A stretch of 64,000 nt of DNA from Stylophora pistillata (Eukaryota). Shown here piece after piece: positions 59,700 through 64,000 of the stretch (within the stretch, counting starts at the first letter, position 1; each line of letters begins with the position of its first letter). The DNA lies in the NCBI RefSeq assembly GCF_002571385.2, contig NW_019217870.1, positions 604,661 through 668,660 of the forward strand. The letters run 5' to 3'. The notes below the pieces were generated by a model. That model saw nothing but the letters and a program-made list of their open reading frames with translations. It made no database searches and was not told where the DNA came from. Made by a program: the position numbers and the translations under genes.

Positions 59700-61190
59700 T
59701 ATTAGGAAGTGAAAGGAAGTGGTGTAGCGCGGACAAAGACTCGCAGAAGTCATAATTGATGACAGTGGAAATCGGTCTTTGGGAGGAGATTTTATCATAA
59801 ATGCGCTTGTAGGATGCGATAGATTTCCTTCTCAAAGTTTTTTGAGAATTTGAATTGATCTTAAATCGTCGGTTTCGAATTTTTATTCGGTATATAACTG
59901 TTTGCTCATACGAACCTTGTATTGACCTGCACTGGTATCAAGATCATTCTTAAGAGAAGAACAATGTTGACTCGACAGCATGGTCGAGGGAAGTCTCGAT
60001 CTTGAAGTAATCTTTGTGAAAAAGACGAAAAGCATCAAAGAGAAAACAAAAAATCTATGAACAGGGATGGTTTGTAAGATGAAAGAAGTTTTTTGAAGAC
60101 TCGATATAGTTCAGTATAGTTATACGGAGCAATGCTGTTAATGTCGTGGTCTAATCTTAAAGGCATGGATATATGTAGATTTTCTTCTATATGTATGTAG
60201 AATCTGGAATAAATACATGTTATTTTTTCCCCCATTTCCTGTAAACATTGCTTTGAAAAATATATTATCAGTAATCATTATCCGATCTCTGGTCGAAGCC
60301 GGACTAAGCAGCGAAATAACAAGGAATCATTGTTTCCGTTCTTATTTGATGAGGTTTTTTGAAGGTTTCCTTGCTAGCTTCTGGTTACTTCTTAACACAT
60401 ACACGTGACACACAGAGTGACTGATAAACAGTCAAACTGCATGGAATAGACAATTTTTGTAGCTTGCACGCGAGTATGTCATAACAAAATAAACACGACG
60501 CAAGGTGGGTTCCGAGCTGCCAATTAAGACATTTTAAAAGGGGCGCAGATGTCCTTCCAGAAGTTTCTCTCTTTATCCTTTGTGGTCTAATAGTACCGAT
60601 CAGGTTGATTCAGCAGATTTGCATGAGTAAACTCGCGCCTCGCTCGTAGCTTTAAGAGTCAGTGTCGCTGCGGTAGAGGAGTCATTTCGATAACATGGCT
60701 ACAGCTCCAACAGATACTAGTGATAGCAGCGAGGCGCATCCTTCTCTCTCAGGTTAGCCAACAATTTTTTGACGGACCTTTTCTCGGTGATTTGTACGAT
60801 CAATTTTTATTTCTTTACAATCACTTGAAACCTTTCATCCTTCCTGCAAATTTCTTCCAGTGCATCAAAGAATCATGATTATCGAATAATTCGTGGGAAA
60901 AAAATGAAATTGGATTTGTATTGTGCAAACGTTGTGACAACCTCTAGAACAAAGTTATGTTGTGTATATTCCAAAACCTTCGTTGTCTCTTTTCCGACCA
61001 CTTTCGTTTCATCTTCGCGCTTCTCTCCACAACAGTGTCAGTCAAATGCAAACAATCAGAAATTATTTTGGAACTGACGCCCACGTGGAGCCCAGTTCTA
61101 TTCTCGGGCTTGCTCTCAAACACGACTATAATTCTACTTGCATTCGGTAGATAACTGCATATTGCCTTTAGTTTGTGATGGAGGTTCAAT
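59700..61190 (-). pseudogene. Possible decayed Mab-21/cGLR pseudogene
   Basis: Frameshifted peptides in the expected order: VVERSAK/DETKV..QHNFVL, QFDCLSVTLCV, RFYIHIEENL, LYRVFKKLL, HAVESTLFF. Each resembles a cGLR motif only after assumed substitutions. Confidence 0.3.
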
Positions 61191-64000
61191 CGTATGTATA
61201 ATGACGATTGGTCTAGCTATATTCAAGCACAGAGTTGAAAAGACGAAAAAACAGACAATGGAAAAAAACCGCTTCCTAGTCATAGCGACTGCAAACCAGA
61301 CGAGCAGATCACATATTCCGGCGTGCGAGACGACTTCAAGGAATTAGAATTACGGAAAACGATGCGAAGCGTGTTTCAAAGAGTAACTACAATGCCTTTG
61401 ATACCTGACTAAAGAATCAGAAAGCGGGGCTTTGATGGCATAATTACAATCACTATGATCAGTTTTATAAAAAAATGAATATTAATGTTTTATTTGCTTT
61501 TACATAAATCGTATATCTTAAGTCTTCAACCCTGAACACTGCCTTGTGTGACCTGTTTGTAACATGCACAATTTTAAAGTTTTTTTCTCATTTATTTCAG
61601 ATAAAGTGATGAATCACATTAAAGGGGGAAGGTATGTTTGGATTTCAGATCTTTGTTTCTGAGATTTTCAACAGGAGACTTATTTCAGCAATAATTATTC
61701 AAAAGCACTTAATTTTCGTAGATAAATGCTAAGAAACTGAATTGTTCATTAAAGAATTTCGAGAATATTTCGCTTGAAATGCCCTCTTCAAAAGCCATAT
61801 TTTTATTTTTTCCTATTCTTATATTCGGTGTTTGATTGTATAGTTTCGGAGCATTAGTTTGGTATGTGGAGAATATATTTCAGATTCTCATAGGTGACAA
61901 CGTGAATTCAATTTGTTCAGTTTATGTATATTTAGCGGTCGTGTTTAGTACATTTGCAACTTTTTGTGACACTAACACACCGGTAAAATTGGTACTTCGT
62001 TTTTTTCCGAACATATTTTGTTCTTAAACTTTACGACAAGTTTGCCGTTGCTCATTTCCAAAAGCGCTGATTTAGTGTGTTTGAAAACAAGCTGTTTTGG
62101 GTTACAAAGTAAACCAGTTGAAAATTGTTCTTTATAAACGAGAGCGAGTTCCTCGCGCGTGACGCTTTTCTTGAGTGAGTTTGCCTGCGGTGCTATTTTA
62201 AACACTTAAAACTTCGAGGAATCAAATGAAATTGGCGCGAATATTACTCAAGACAGGAATAACAGAGGAAATTGTGTCCAAATGGCTTTCTTTTCCCCTT
62301 TGTTTTTCGGCTTTCGCGTTTTATTGGCAATAGTGGCGTCCTATAAGAGTTCCAGAATCTTCTCTGCATATCTGTGAGATCGAGAAAGCGAATTAATTTT
62401 AACGTTTTCTCAGCATGAGGTGCGGAAGTGATTCCTCTTTTAACCAAAAGCCAATTTTTTTTCCCTAAGCAGACAAGGAGACAAAAATGTACGCTGCAAA
62501 TATTTTCTTTCATTAAGAGTTCACTGCTTAAATTTATTTTTAGCGGATTTTAATTCGTTTCCTTCCAAATGCGTCACTGATGCCTATTTCTCAAATACCT
62601 TACAAGTACGTTTGTCTGCCGGCGGCGAATAATATTGAAAACGACGACTTTGAGTACTTTGTCGATTTTTTTCTGTGGGTGAACTTTTTAGCTAAGAATT
62701 TTGAATAGTTTGTATTCGCATCCACTCGCTTGTGAACGATATCGCGGGTCAGAAATTGCTGTATGCCAAAACTAATTACCATGCCGCTTTGGTGCTACTA
62801 TACCATTCAATGTCCGTGGTCACAATTATGCTAAAATAAACGAGTTGGAAACTTCTGGAACTTTACTTTGTAGTTCGAGGGATTTTTCAACCTGCCCGCA
62901 AAGCAATAAGATTATATTTTTTCTCGTGACAGTTGACAGTTTATATCATAAACAAAGTTGTATCTTGGGTCGGTTGACAGTCTGATCTCCTTCAAACTCG
63001 ACCCAGCGGGCTGCGAAATACTGGTAATGTAGTAACATCGGATATTTCAGGAAACACGTTTTAAATTTACAGCCGACATAGTAGTGAACACCGCCCATCA
63101 TAGCCTTGTTGCCGTGCTAAAAACCGCTTTGATTATCACCCCGGATTATCATAATTTCTCTTTCCATTGTTGTGTCAGTCTTATTAATTTTTTCTCGAAC
63201 GATCTATCGATATAACATCACAGTTGGACCGCAAGATCTAACAGAGTATGGATTTCATGCGTTTTAGATAGGTTCTTCTCTTCCGCCATCTGGCCGCCTT
63301 CCATGCATATCTTCTTGTTGACAGGCGAATAAATGTGGACGCGTTATAAATAGGAACTTATTTTATACGACCTTCTTTGCTTAATTCTATGTTTACAATT
63401 ATGGTTATTGAGTTTTCGCCTCAAAGAATCGCTTTAATTTATAGCTGTTCTCCTAAAACCGTGTGCGTTATTTTCTTGTAAACTATTTTTGTTTCGTTGC
63501 AATGCCCCGACCGCATAACCATTTCGAAGTCACTTTTGAAATATTATTGTGGAATAGCTTCGAAGCACCAGTTCAGATCGTCGACCTCGATCATTGATAC
63601 TGTGATCACAAGGATGCGAAACATCGCGTATCTTTCAAATTTTTTTTTTCTTTTTTGTCTTGTCGCCACAAGTCTAAAGAAGCTACAAAGATACATAGAA
63701 TTACAGTTAGAATTAGGCACGTAGCAGGTTACAAAATGTGGAAAGGTGTGGAATGAATTCCATGCAAACCTTTCCACCGAACTATAAGAGTAGAGACAGG
63801 AAAGGAAAGGAAAAAGGAAACGATACACTGGACATAAAGCAGGTTTTTGCAGGCTGTATTTAGAGTCGCTATTATATTTGCTATTTTCATTTTGTTTTGT
63901 TTTGTCTTTCTTTGTCTTTGTAATTTTTTTCCCATTACTTGACTGATAAGAGCGGTATTTGTATATTGTTTTTTCAAACATGTGCAAAACACCAACTTCA

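Noticed and set aside
61400-64000. Short ORFs at the window end
   Set aside because: No recognisable motifs or consistent splice pattern; probably intergenic or repeat-derived.

Overview
AT-rich, intron-rich animal genomic DNA. The gene content and repeat families (Penelope, CRE, Crypton-like, tRNA-SINEs) suggest a cnidarian, probably a stony coral (inference). Seven genes could be built with phase-consistent GT-AG splicing or as single exons: (1) a TMEM272-like 4-TM gene (+); (2,3) two tandem type II membrane collagen-domain genes (+) with near-identical ectodomain exons but very different Tyr-motif cytoplasmic/TM exons; (4) a 15-exon uncharacterised WD40-like gene (-); (5) an intronless cGAS-like receptor (cGLR/Mab-21) with an intact catalytic triad and a ~400-aa N-terminal extension (+); (6) an intronless, N-terminally short ribonucleotide reductase R2 gene (-); (7) 9-exon PEX6 (+). 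A possible decayed second cGLR lies at ~59.7-61.2 kb (-). The best candidates for an undescribed system are the paired collagen receptors and the intronless cGLR + R2 pair wedged between two head-to-head promoters. All calls were made by eye without database searches. There are three N-gaps (14674-15215, 16506-16718, 34261-34296).
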